A stretch of 64,000 bases of DNA, taken from positions 120,652,001 to 120,716,000 of the forward strand of contig OZ360222.1 in NCBI GenBank assembly GCA_977017645.1. The letters run 5' to 3'. Shown here in pieces: positions 1 to 12,169 of this stretch (positions are counted from its first letter, which is position 1; each line of letters starts with the position of its first letter). Source of the stretch: Torpedo marmorata. Taxonomy: Eukaryota. The position numbers and the translations under genes are program-made. Below the pieces are notes generated by a model. The model saw only the letters and a list, made by a program, of their open reading frames with translations. It did not search any database and was not told the origin of the DNA.

Positions 1-3000
1 TGATTACATTTTCTCCCCCCCCCTTCCCACCCTCCCCTCCCCAGCCCCTATATCCCCCTAATCTAAATTTAAAATAAAATAAAATAATAAAAAAAAAGAA
101 AGGAAAAGATAGAAAAATAGAGTGAGGAGTCAGTAAGTTTAAAAACTAATATATCTTAGAGGTTATTTCGCCGACGGATCCGATTTCCAGAGAATTTACA
201 ATGTTAAACCCATAATCCTCATATATGGGCCCCAAATTTTCAAAAAAGAATGATATTTATTTCGTAAATTATAAGTAATTTTTTCTAATGGTATACATGA
301 CCGTAACTCTGCATGCCATCGCTCTAGATTTAAATCAACATCCGATTTCCAAGTAATAGCTATACATTTTTTCGAAACTGCTAATACTATACGTAAAAAT
401 TCTACTTGATACATATTTAATCTATTTCTAATACTGAATTTTTTAATATCTCCAAATAAAAATAACATAGGATCCATTGCAACTTCAACATTAAAAATTC
501 TTTCTAAAAAATTCTTAACTTTCAACCAAAAATCTTGAATTTTTGGACATGACCATGTACAGTGTACAAAAGATCCTATTTCAGTTTTACATCTAAAACA
601 CATATCTGATAACGCTGGATTAAATTTCTTCAATTTTTTAGGTGTCAAATACAATTGATGAAAAAGTTATATTGTACTAATCTATATCTCACATTAATGA
701 CTTTTGTCATACTTAATTTACATAAATCTTTCCAATGATTTTCATCTATATTAACATTCAAATCTAATTCCCATTTCAATCTAGACTTATGTACTCCTAC
801 TTTAGACATCTTTCTTTGAAACAACTTATACATTTGTGATATAAATTTATTAACATTGACTTTAGTAATTAATAATTCCAATTCATTTTGTCTTGGTACT
901 GTTAATTCATTCCCTAATCTCTCAATCAAAAAAGCTTTAACTTGAAAATAAACTAACATTGTATTATCTAATATATTAAATTTTTCTTTTAACCTCTGGA
1001 AAGTAATAAATCTACCTGCTTCAAAACAATCTTTTAATGTCTTAATTCCCTTTAAAACCATAACTTAAGTAACTGATTATCCATAGAAAATGGTAAAAGC
1101 GGATTCTGATATATTGGTGTATTTAAAGAAATTAATCCTTTTTGACCTATCTCTTTGTCTACTTGTGACCAAATTTCCAACAAATGTTTAATAATTGGTG
1201 TTTTTTTCTTTTTAAGTAATAATAATTTAGAATTCCATTTATAAATAATATCTTCTTTATGTGTTTCTCCCATATTATTCAATTCTATATTAATCCAAGC
1301 AGAAGATTTATTTAAATCAAAGAATTCATTAATAAATTTTAATTGAGCTACTTTATAATAATGTTGAAAATTGGGAAGTTGTAACCCTCCCATCTCATAA
1401 TTCCATGTTAATTTATCTATACTTACTCTTGCCAACTTTCCTTTCCATAAAAATGTCCTAATAATAAATTTTAAATCTTTAAAAAATTTATTTGGAATAC
1501 CATAAGGAATCGATTGAAAAAGATATTGAATTCTTGGAAAAACATTCATTTTAATACAATTTACTCTTCCCATTAAAGTTATAGGTAAATCTTTCCAAAG
1601 CTCTAAATCTTTTTTTATTTTCATAAACAAAGGTATATAATTTAACTTATACAAATTTTCTAATTTTGTATCCACTTTAACTCCCAAATATTTAATACTC
1701 TCTGTAGTCCATTTAAAGTCCGTAACTTCTTTACATCTAGTATAATCCCCTTGAGATAAAGCCAAAATCTCACTTTTATCTGAATTAATCTTATATCCTG
1801 ATATCTCACCATATTCTGTCAATATAATAGCCAATTGCTGAAGTGATGTAACAGATTTTGTCATATATATTAATACATCATCTGCAAACAAACTAATCTT
1901 ATGTTCTTCCCTACCGACCTTTATTCCCATTATATTTATATCTTCTCTAATCATTTCAGCTAAAGGTTCTATTACTAACACAAACAAAGCAGGTGACAAA
2001 GGGCATCCCTGTCGTGTTGATCTTGATAATAAAAATTTTTGCGATATTTGTCCATTTGTAACTACTTTAGCCGTAGGTTCTTTATATATAGTTTTAATCC
2101 AATTTATAAAATTATCTCCAAATCCGAATTTTTCCAAAACTTTAAATAAAAAATTCCACTCTACTCTATCAAATGCCTTCTCTGCATCCAATGTTACCAC
2201 CAATGGTAAATCTTGTTTCTTCTTATATACATTGATCAAACTTATCAGTCTAGCTATATTATCTTTCGAATATCTATTTTTAATAAAACCAGCTTGATCT
2301 AAATGTATTAAATTTGGTAAATATTTAGCTAATCTATTTGCTAAAATTTTCGCCATTATCTTATAATCTACATTTAATAATGAAATAGGCCTATAAGATT
2401 CTGTTTTTAACACATCTCTATCTTTCTTTGGTATAACCGTAATAATAGCATTTAAAAATGTCTTCGGTAATAAATGGGTTTCCATAACTTGATTCAATAC
2501 CTCCATATATAAAGGTATCAATAAATCTTTAAATTCTTTATAAAATTCTACTGGAAATCCATCGTCACCTGGAGATTTACCACTTTTCAACGTCGATATT
2601 GCTTCAGTAACTTCTCTCATCGTAAAAGGTAAATCCAAAGAATATTTACTTTGAACATTCAATTTAGGTAAAGTGATTTTAGATAAAAATCTATTGATCT
2701 TCATATCATCTTGATCAATCTCAGATCTATATAAATTCTGATAATATTCTTTAAAAGATTCATTTATTTCTTGTGGCTTAAGTTATTTCCCCAGTATTTC
2801 TCTTCCTTATAGCATTAATTGTTTTAGAAACTTGCTCTTTTTTCAATTGCCATGATAAAACCTTATGCGCCTTTTCCCCTAACTCATAATATCTTTGTTT
2901 TGTTCTTACTATCAACTTTTCGATCTTACGTGTTTGCAATAAATTATAATGTAATTTCCTCCTTACTAAACGATTTCTCTTAAGGATAGACTTATTTCTC

Positions 3001-3605
3001 TGTAAATCCTTTTCCATAAATTCAATCTCCTTCTCTAATTTTTCTTCTTCTTTCAAATAATCTTTTTATCTTTGCTGAAAAGCTTATTATTAAACCTCTT
3101 AGATAAGCTTTCAGAGCCTCCCATACCATAAATTTATCATCTACCGAATTGTTATTTACTCTTAAAAATTCCTGAATTTCTCGTCTCATATATTCACAAA
3201 AATCCTTTCTTTTCAATAAAAAAGAATCAAATCTCCAGTTATATATAGTTTTTTCTTTCTCTGGGATTATACATGTCATTAATAAAGGTGAATGATCTGA
3301 AATTATTCTTGCTTTATAAGATATTTCTGTTATTCTTTCTTGAAGTTGTGAAGATAATAGAAATAAATCTATCCTAGAAAAAGAATTATGTCTAAATGAA
3401 TAAAATGAATAATCTTTCTCTCTTGGTTTCAATTTTCTCCAAATATCCACCAAATTTAAATCCTCCATCAAATTAACTATCTTTTTAACTATTTTTGGTC
3501 TAACAGATGTTTTAGAAGTTTTATCCATTATTGGATTTAAACAACAATTAAAATCTCCGCCAACTAAAATATTCTCTTTAGCATCTGATAGATGTAAAAA
3601 AACAT
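1..3605 (-). mobile_element. L1-clade LINE, 5'-truncated: ORF2 (partial APE endonuclease, RT, Cys-rich C-terminus) and 3'UTR
   Basis: GGDFN/SRID/SDH, YRPISLLN, RQGCPLSP, FADD and CFRC..HCTWSC motifs across frameshifted ORFs 196-3627; G-rich 3'UTR. Confidence 0.93.
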
Positions 3606-4070
3606 ATTTTAGAATCATCTTGATCAAACTGAGATTTATATAGATTCAAATAATAATCTTTAAAAGAATCATTTATTTCTCGAGGTTTATAGGTTATTTC
3701 TTTAGAATTCTTTTTCCTTATAGCATTTATAGTTCTAGAAGTTTGTTCTTTTTTTAATTGCCATGCCAAAACTTTATGAGCTCTTTCCCCTAATTCATAA
3801 TATCTTTGTTTAGTTCTTTCAATTAGTTTTTCCATTCTATATGTTTGTAATAAATTATAATGTAATTTCTTCCCAATTAAACGATTCCTTTTTTGAATTG
3901 ATCTATTTTTTTGTAAATCTTTTTCCAAACATTCGATCTCCTTCTCTAATTGTTCTACTTCCCTAAGATAATCTTTCTTAATTTTTGCTGAATAGCTTAT
4001 TATTTGACCTCTTAAATAAGCTTTTAATGCTTCCCAAATAATAAATTTATTATCAGTGGAATTAAAATTT
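3606..4070 (-). mobile_element. Second L1 ORF2 fragment (post-endonuclease linker) fused upstream of the first
   Basis: WEALKAYLRG...YELGERAHKVLAWQLKK repeats the region at 2700-3160 as a diverged copy. Confidence 0.85.
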
Positions 4071-4166
4071 AGGTGAAGTTGTTCTTGATTAATAGCTGTA
4101 GCTTCCTTATCTACTGTTTACAAAAACATATTCTGGGCTTCCTGCCAATTCTGCCAACATTCCTTT

Positions 4167-4818
4167 TTAAGTCTTCACTCCAAGATCTGGAGCCCAGGGA
4201 ATTTCATCTGGAAGCTCATCTGGAGCCCAGGGAATTTCATCTGGAAGCTCATCGGGATCTTGAGCCGAAGGCATGGCCATAGGATCATCTACTGCTCTTA
4301 ACTGGTCGATGTGTCGTTTCCAAATTTTAGTTTGAATCCTCGTCGCCAATCTGTCATGTATTCTATGTTAAGAAATACACTGCAGACAAAGGTATAATGC
4401 TTCGTTAGTTGTTTAATACAAATCTGAAAATGGTTCTCCCACCACACACAGTATATATCAGTCAGAACATCATCACGTTGACGTAATGATGTTATACGCC
4501 TGTTGGCGTATACATAACACTCTTCCACCCCCCCCACAAAATATGGAGTGTTATGTATACGCCTACAGGCGTATGACGTCATTACGTTGACTTTTCCAAA
4601 CACCTTGACCTTCTCCCCCGTAACTTTTTAACACCATGTCGACCTCTTTAATGGTGAGGTGGGGTAGCAGTCGTCTTTTTAAATATAGTGGCATTAACGA
4701 CACTGCTGCCCCTGTGTCCAACTCCATATTTTAGTTCCCACCACACACAGTATATATCAGTCAGAACGTCATCACGTTGACGTAATGACATCATACGCCT
4801 GTAGGCGTATACATAACA
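4167..4818 (-). mobile_element. Rearranged, internally deleted Mag-like Gypsy remnant
   Basis: LTR 4352-4519 (TG...CA); PBS TGGCGACGAGGAT 4336-4348; purine tract 4520-4535; pol tail WKRHIDQL; protease piece MELDTGAAVSLMP at about 4690-4727; extra LTR pieces 4549-4591 (+) and about 4731-4818 (-). Confidence 0.82.
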
Positions 4819-5699
4819 GTCCGCAGTCCAAACTGTCAGTCATGGTCCATAACACTTACCACCTGCCACTGACCCAGATCAATCCAGGCATGCCAAATAG
4901 ATGATCCATCTCATCTTTCTCCTGAGATCCCCACCATCAAAGAATCCAGTCTTCAGCCACTTCTGTTCTGCCCATGTAAACAGCAAGAACTAGCTGAGAA
5001 CATTGGATGCTAGTGCACTGCTGAAGTGGGGCAGCCCTGAATTGGTTGCATCTCTTGTCAAGCTGTTCCTGAGCCTCCTTCCTTTGCAGTTCCCCACCCA
5101 GAGTACTGCTGAGCTACTGGATGCTGTTCAGCATGGAGGAGTACTGATTCATTAGCTGAGGAAGGGTAATAGATTATCCTGGAACATGGTTTCTTGTCAT
5201 TTTAAATCTGATGCCATAAAACTTTATTACTGGAGGAAATGCTGAAGAATCTCAGGGTTACTTGTTGCCACCTTTTTTGTTGCCCTTGAAACAGGATGTT
5301 CTAAAGGTTTCTGAAGGAGTCTAGTATGTTGTTTGTATGGTGCAATTCACAGATTACAACTCTTTAAAACTTGCTTAGTCTACGGGACACTTCCTTGAAA
5401 ACATCTGGGGAGGCCTAAGCAAGTTTAACAGGACTGAATAATTTTGCCATGAGTTGTCATGCCAAAGTTGATGCAGGATTGTTTGTTTGGCTTTGACATC
5501 TATTAAATCTTTCAATGCCACTTGTAAGAGTAAGTATCACCCACTTGCATTATTGAATTACATTCGTAGAGGTTCCACAGGCTTCACTGGCCAAGTTTGT
5601 TTCTGCTTTAATATAGCAATTGTTGAGTAGCTTGTTTGTAATGCCTTTTGCCCATTGCAATTTGCCTATTTAATGTTTCTTGTGCGGATTCCATGTTTT

Positions 5700-6792
5700 A
5701 TCTGTTCTTTTTAATGAAGACAGTGACCACAACTCTGACCTTTAGCATAGCTATGGACAAGGACAGGAGTAAACAAAATGGGGAAAGTCTGATTACCATG
5801 GAATAATGCAGGAGCTTAGAGTAAATTAGGAACAGGTTCTCAGTGGTTGGGGGAGCACAGCAGAAATGTGGAGGATTTTTTAGGGACAACATAGGGGTCC
5901 GGGATAGGTTCGTCCCAAAGAGACGGGGCAGATGGTAGAGTAAAGGAGCCTGGTTGATGAGAGAGGTGAAATTCCTAGTCAGGAGTAAGAAGGAAATATA
6001 GATAGGTTTCGCAAACAAAAGTCAGAAAGGGCTTGTGAAAATTGTACGGTAGCCAGGAAGGAGATTAAAGGAGAGCTGGAAGGGGGCATGAGAAGACCTT
6101 GGAAAGTTGGATTAAGGAAAACCATAAGGTGTTCTATATGTACATAAACAACAAAAAAGACTAGCGCAAGGGTAAGACCGATTATGGATAAAGGGGGTAC
6201 ATGTGCCTGGAGGCAGAGGATGTAGGGGAGGTCTTAAATTAATACATTGTTTGTGTTCACCATGGAGAGGGATTTTGGTGAGCGTGAAGTTCATGTAAAA
6301 CAGGCTACTGTGCTGGTGCATGTTGAGGTTAAGAAAGAGGAACTGCTGGATCTTAAAACTAAGTCCTCAGGACTGGACTGGATATACAGGTGCCTAACCT
6401 TTTATCTGTAATTCCGAAAACCGAACATTTTTCCAGTATATTTTCAGGTGTTTAGCTTAGTTTGAGCCAGTTAATGTTTGAAGTTTTACTGTATGTTTTA
6501 CTTAAAAATAAAAAGTACGCTAGTAATTTTATGGTCTATCTTTATCTCACTTCATTTACCACCCCTCACCCCCGTCCAGCGCCGCCGCGAACACCCCCGT
6601 CCAGCGCCGCCGTCCAGAAACCCTTCTAATTGGAGTGTCTTTGTTTTGGCGAATCTGAAGCAACGCAATTATTTAAAAGTACCGCCGTTAAATAATTCTA
6701 TAATCCGAAAAAATCCGAATTCATAAAAGTGTCCAGTCCCAAGGTTTTCGGATAAAAGGTTAGGCACCTGTACCTCAAGTTATTACAGGAAG
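5700..6792 (+). mobile_element. Degenerate CR1 LINE ORF2 fragment, 5' part (continues at 16317)
   Basis: Similar to the CR1 copies at 25.5-31.5 kb; interrupted by a MITE and an L1. Confidence 0.75.
6387..6770. mobile_element. Tc1/mariner-pogo (Tigger-like) MITE
   Basis: TIRs CAGGTGCCTAACCTTTTATC / GATAAAAGGTTAGGCACCTG; TA on both sides. Confidence 0.9.
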
Positions 6793-8987
6793 GGGGGCAT
6801 GGTTTGATGGCGTAGGTTGGAGACGTGGAAATACACCTCTCCCCACAGAATTAATTAAAAACTGTTTAAAAGAAACTTTATTTACTTTTAAAATAAGTTA
6901 AGAGCATTTAGTAAAGGTTTAAGAATGACTACAAGAAAAACGAAGGAACAAAAGGCAAGGAAAGTAGTGCTTCAACAAAGTTTATTTCAAGAGGAAGATC
7001 GGCCTACCTGCTTGATGGAGCCTCAGGCTCAAGTTTCTCTCCCTCCTAGGAACACTCGGACGAGGGCGCCTAGAGCGATTGAAGCGCCAGCGCTGCCATC
7101 CCGGGGAGCTGGGGAAGATGGCGCTGGTGCTCGAAGGAAGACTACAAAACTGCAAATTCCAAGTGAGCAACCGCGCATGCGCGAAACGTTGCGCATGCGC
7201 GATAGACAACGGGAGCTGTCAGCTAAGGCTGACGGCAGAAGAGAGGTCCCACAATCATTACAATGTGATGTGGGACTTGAAACTCCATCAAATTCAGAAG
7301 ATAAAAAGAGAGAGAAGAAAGAAGAAATGGAGGAGGAAATAGAAGAAATGGAGGGAGAGGTTGAAGAATCAAGTGGAGAAGAGATTGAAGTATCTGTAGC
7401 TCAACAACAAATAGTTAAGGCTATTGATAACTTAACAAAGCAGGTGTCAAAGATGGAACATCGTTTGGAACTTAAACATAATGGAATTGAAGAAGAAATA
7501 AAAACTAACAAGCAAGATATGAGAAAACAGACAAATACTGTGAATATAGTAAAAGCGAAAGTTCAATAAATTGAAAAGGATGTTAAAGAGCATTATGAAG
7601 AAATGGTGGATTATAAAGATAGAGTTGATAAAGTAGAAGATTCATTTACAGGTTGGGAGCAGCAAAGAAATGAACTTTTACAAAAGCTGGATGTATTGGA
7701 AAACCAGAGTTGGAGGAACAATATTAAAATTGTGGGACGACCTGAAATTTTTGAAGGGTATGATACGACTGAATTCTTTCAAAAATGGATTCCAGATGTT
7801 TTGGGTATTAAAAATTTTACGTATGGACTGGAGTTAGAGAGAGCACATAGGGTTGGTAGAGGGAAACTGTATCCTGGTCAAAGGCCATGCTCAGTTTTAG
7901 TTAAATGTCTTCGATATCAGGATAAAGAGAGAGTATTGAAACTAGCTGTTCAAAATGCTAGGCTGCAAAAAGGTCCATTGATGGTTCAGGATAATAGAGT
8001 TTTCTTTTATCCTGATTTAAGTTCAGTAATAGTTAAAAAACGAAAGGAATTTAATCCAGCAAAAGCAATTTTTTTGGAATAAGGAATATAAGTTTTCATT
8101 TAGATATCCTGTGGTTTTGAAGGTTCAATCTACAGGGAATCAATCTTGTTTTTTTAATGATTGTCAACAAGCTTTGCAACATGCAAATTCCCTTCTGTAT
8201 TTGGAGAAACATCAAGATTTGATGGAACATCATCAAGTTCAAGATATTTCACCATCTCAAGTTTCTTTGCCAAGTACTTCAGAAAAGGAGGATGAGGTCG
8301 GGATCGAGATCGATGACGACCAAACTAATAAAGAGCTCGAAGAAGTCAAATGAAGATATGATAATAAATGTTGTGTAAAATCTTTTTGAGGGGAGGGGGG
8401 TGGACTTTTTGTTTTCTCCTACCTAGTCACACACCACCTTAGTGGCGATGGCCACTTCCTGAGCAATGGAGGGGGGGTAATACTAGGGTAATTTTGCCAG
8501 TATTGTATACAGTGGGGTTTTTAGTTTTTTGTTTCTTTTTTATTTCCTTTCTCTTTCTTTTTCTTTTTAAGGAGATGTCAAATAGATTACGAATGTGGAG
8601 GAGGGTGCTGGTGGATCTGATGGAGAGAGTTATTAAGAATTAGTAATGGTGGATAGTAAATCAATAAATGTAGTAAGTATTAATATAAATGGGCTAAATA
8701 ATCCAATTAAAAGGAAAAAAACTTTAGCGTATATTAAAAAGTTAAATGTAGACATAGCTTTTTTTACAAGAGACACATTTGACAGATTTAGAACTTCAGA
8801 AGTTGAAAAGAGAATGGGTTGGTCAAGTGGTTGCATCTTCATTTAATTCTAAAGCAAAAGGAGTTGCTATATTAGTTAATAAAAAGTTACCTTTTAAAAT
8901 ACAATCTGTGGTTATAGATGTGGCAGGTAGATATGTTTTAATACATTGTCAGATATATTCAGAAATGTGGACACTTATGAATATATA

Positions 8988-9754
8988 CCGTATATTTCTG
9001 CGTATAAGTCGTGTCTTGAAACCCTCAAAAATCTCAAAAAACGGGGGTCGACTTATACGCCAGATATACTTTTGAGACCTTAAAATCAGCTCAAAAACCA
9101 CTCCACGCCGATTCGGCGTATAAGTCGACCCTTGAAAACCCGATTCGGCGTATAAGTCGACCCATGAAAAACTGATTCGGCGTATAGGTCGACAGTGGAA
9201 GCACCTCCCCACCGCCGGCGTCACCGCTTCCCGACACCTCCCCACCGCCGGGCGCCGCCATAAACCACCCAGACATTCTACAATTGTAGAGCCTGAGGTC
9301 GCCGCTCCTGCCCGGGAGAACGAGGTCGCCGCACCTGCCCGGGAGAACAAGGTCGCCGCTCCTGCCCGGGAGAACGAGTCCCCGCACCTGCTCGGGAGCC
9401 GACACGTACAGTGGTTCCTGCACCGAGCACACTTGGCAGCGAGGCGACTTCTTTAATGAGGACTCTGGCTGCAGCCGAAGCTGAAGACTTGGACCCATCT
9501 CCGTTTGGCATCTTCCCGGCCAGAAGCAAAGGTTTTTTTTACTGTTTTTTTTTTTTACTTACTTGCTTAATTTACAGCTTTGTTACTTGGCGATTGGGGT
9601 GTTGTAACAAATTTCGGGTTGTTGCTGGGAGGCCCGGACAGCCTGAAAATTGGGGGTCGACTTATACACCGGATATACAATAAAACCATTAAAATTAGGC
9701 TGAAAAAGGGGGGTCGACTTATCCACGAGTCGACTTATACGCCGAAATATACGG
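8988..9754. mobile_element. Non-autonomous pogo MITE of the same family as 10207-12169
   Basis: TIR CCGTATATTTC.GCGTATAAGTCG, TA TSD; the L1 frame (NIY|VPN) resumes when it is removed; internal 29-bp repeats at about 9295-9380. Confidence 0.92.
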
Positions 9755-10206
9755 TATGTACCAAATATGGAAGATGAACAATTTATTCAAGATTCTTTTA
9801 TGCATTTGTCAGAAGCTAATGATAATATTTTAATTGCTGGGGACTTTAATTGTTGTTTAGATCCGATAATGGATAAAACATCGAAATCAATTATTAAAAC
9901 TAAAATTGCTAAAATAATTCTTATTTTGATGAAAGATTTAAATTTAATAGATATTTGGAGAAAGTTGAATCCAAGAGAAAAGGATTATTCTTTTTATTCT
10001 TTTAGGCATGACTCATATTCTATGATAGATATGTTTTTATTGTCCTCACAAGTACAAGATAGGGGAACTCAAGCACAATATAAAGCAAGAATAATTTCTG
10101 ATCACTCGCCTTTATTAATGTCTTGTATAATTCCAGAAAAAGAAAAAATTATATATAGGTGGAGATTTAATTCCTCTTTATTAAAAAGAATGGATTTTTG
10201 TAATTA

Positions 10207-12169
10207 CCGTATATTTCAGCGTATAAGTCGACCCTTGAAACCCTCAAAAAACGGGGGTCGACTTATACGCCGGATATACTTTTGAGACCTTAAATTCAGC
10301 TCAAAATCGAGTTCACGCCGATCCGGCGTATAAGTCGACCCCTGAAAACACGATTCGGCATATAAGTCGACCCCTGAAACACGATTCGGCGTATAAGTCG
10401 ACCCCTGAAAAACCAAAAAAAAACCGACTGCAACAAATTTTCATTGAAAACAACAAGACATTTAGAACCCTTCAAAATCACTTTCGCTATCATCATCTGA
10501 GGCAAAGATCTCGGCAAGCACATCCGGGGTCTCACTGTTAAAACAGTCATCGTACGGGTCCCAGTCTGTATCTGATGAGGCGTCTTCAGCTTCGTCGTCA
10601 GTGTCCCACAATAAATCATCTTCTGTACCATCAATTGCACTAGAGATACCGCACTTTTTAAATGATTTTATTATAGTCTTTACTTTCACTTTGTCCCATG
10701 CCTTGAGCACGAAGTCACACAGCACATCAAGCGATGCAGCACGCATTGCCCCGCCTTTTGTAAATGATTTTTCTGCACTCGCCATCCATGTATTCCACTC
10801 TTCACGCACGTGGTCTTTGAATGGCTTGTTCAAGCAGATATCGAGAGGTTGCAATATAGACGTCAAACCACCCGGGATAACCGCCATGTAAGTATTATGT
10901 TGTGCTAATGTACTTTTAGTCTTCTCAGTTAAGTGGCTACGAAACATATCCCAGACCAGCAAACTCCGTTCCTTGCGTAAACCGCCTGGCCGCCTGTTCC
11001 ACACATTGTCTATCCATAGTATTACACCATTTTCATCCATCCATCCTTTTTCATGAAAATGTACAAAAATACCTGCTGGGAAATTTATTTTAGGTTTAAG
11101 TTTGCGCTTGAAGATTACCATGGGTCTTAACTTTGTCCCGTCGGCCATGCACGATAACACCACAGTAAACCTGGTCTTTTCATGTCCTGTACTCCTGGTT
11201 TGCACAGTTTTCACACCTTTCCATTCCACTGTTCTATTGCCTATCATGTCAAAATTCATGGGGGTTTCGTCCATGTTTCCAATATTTGCCAATGCAAACT
11301 TGTGTTTCTTCCGGTTACGTAAAATAAACTGGTGAAAACTTACAACTTTATGATCAAGATCTTTTGGTAGTTTCTGAGCAATTTTTGTTTTTTGTCATAA
11401 TACCAGATTTTTCCTGTTCATAAAACGGTTGCACCAGCCTACTGAAGCTTCAAAATCATTACTGAGTTCTGGGTGCGATTTTGCCCAGTTCAGTGCAAAT
11501 GTTCTTATTTTATTTCGGGTGACTATGTAGCAATCTTGCCTCTGTTCACGTACCCATGCTGCTACATGATTTTCCAACTCTGGCCAACGAGTGATTCCTC
11601 TTCTCATGGAACATTGCCTTTTTGGTATTTTTCTTAAAGTATCTTCTTTCTTCCTCCAATCTCTTACCAACTTCTCATATATATCAAATTTTCTTGCAGC
11701 AGCACAGTTGTTGGTTTTCTTGGCCATTTCTATTACTTTCAATTTAAAACTCGTCTCATACTTTCGTCGTTTCAATTGAGCCTTCAATGGAGCCTCCATG
11801 ATAACAATCACCTCCAGCCAACGCCCAGCAGCTCAATGATCGCGATCGTTGTGGGTCGACCTATACGCCGGTCAACGCCCAGCAGCTCAATGATCGCGAT
11901 CGTTGTGGGTCGATCTATACGCCAGTCAACGCCCAGCAGCTCAATGATCTCGATCGGTGTGGGTCGATCTATACGCCAGTCAACGGCCAGCAGCTCAATC
12001 ATCGCGTTTTTTGAGGGTCGACTTATACGCCGGTCAATGCGCAACATCTCAGGCATCGCGTTTTTTGGGGGTCGACTTATACGCCGGATATACCATAAAA
12101 CCATTAAAATTAGGCTGAAAAAGGGGGGTCGACTTATCTGCCGGTCGACTTATACGCCGAAATATACGG
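10207..12169 (-). mobile_element. Autonomous-type pogo DNA transposon (DD35D, Passer/POGK-like)
   Basis: About 24-bp TIRs, TA TSD, transposase on the - strand. Confidence 0.95.
10462..11811 (-). pseudogene. pogo transposase (Brinker-type DBD, CENP-B-type HTH, DDE_1) with one in-frame stop
   Basis: NMDETP, VWDMFRSH and LQPLD, with 35 residues between D2 and D3; ORFs 11395-11811 and 10462-11292 share a frame and are split by TGA at 11395-11397. Confidence 0.9.

Noticed and set aside
8949-9777. ORFs with repeated GSTYTP/GRLIRR peptides
   Set aside because: They are translations of the pogo subterminal DNA motif
10255-10410. Regularly spaced CGGCGTATAAGTCGACCC repeats as a CRISPR array
   Set aside because: The spacers are short and similar to each other, there are no cas genes, and they lie within pogo termini in a vertebrate intron
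10462-11811. Domesticated POGK/TIGD host gene
   Set aside because: TIRs, a TA TSD, an internal stop and insertion inside an L1 show it is a transposon copy
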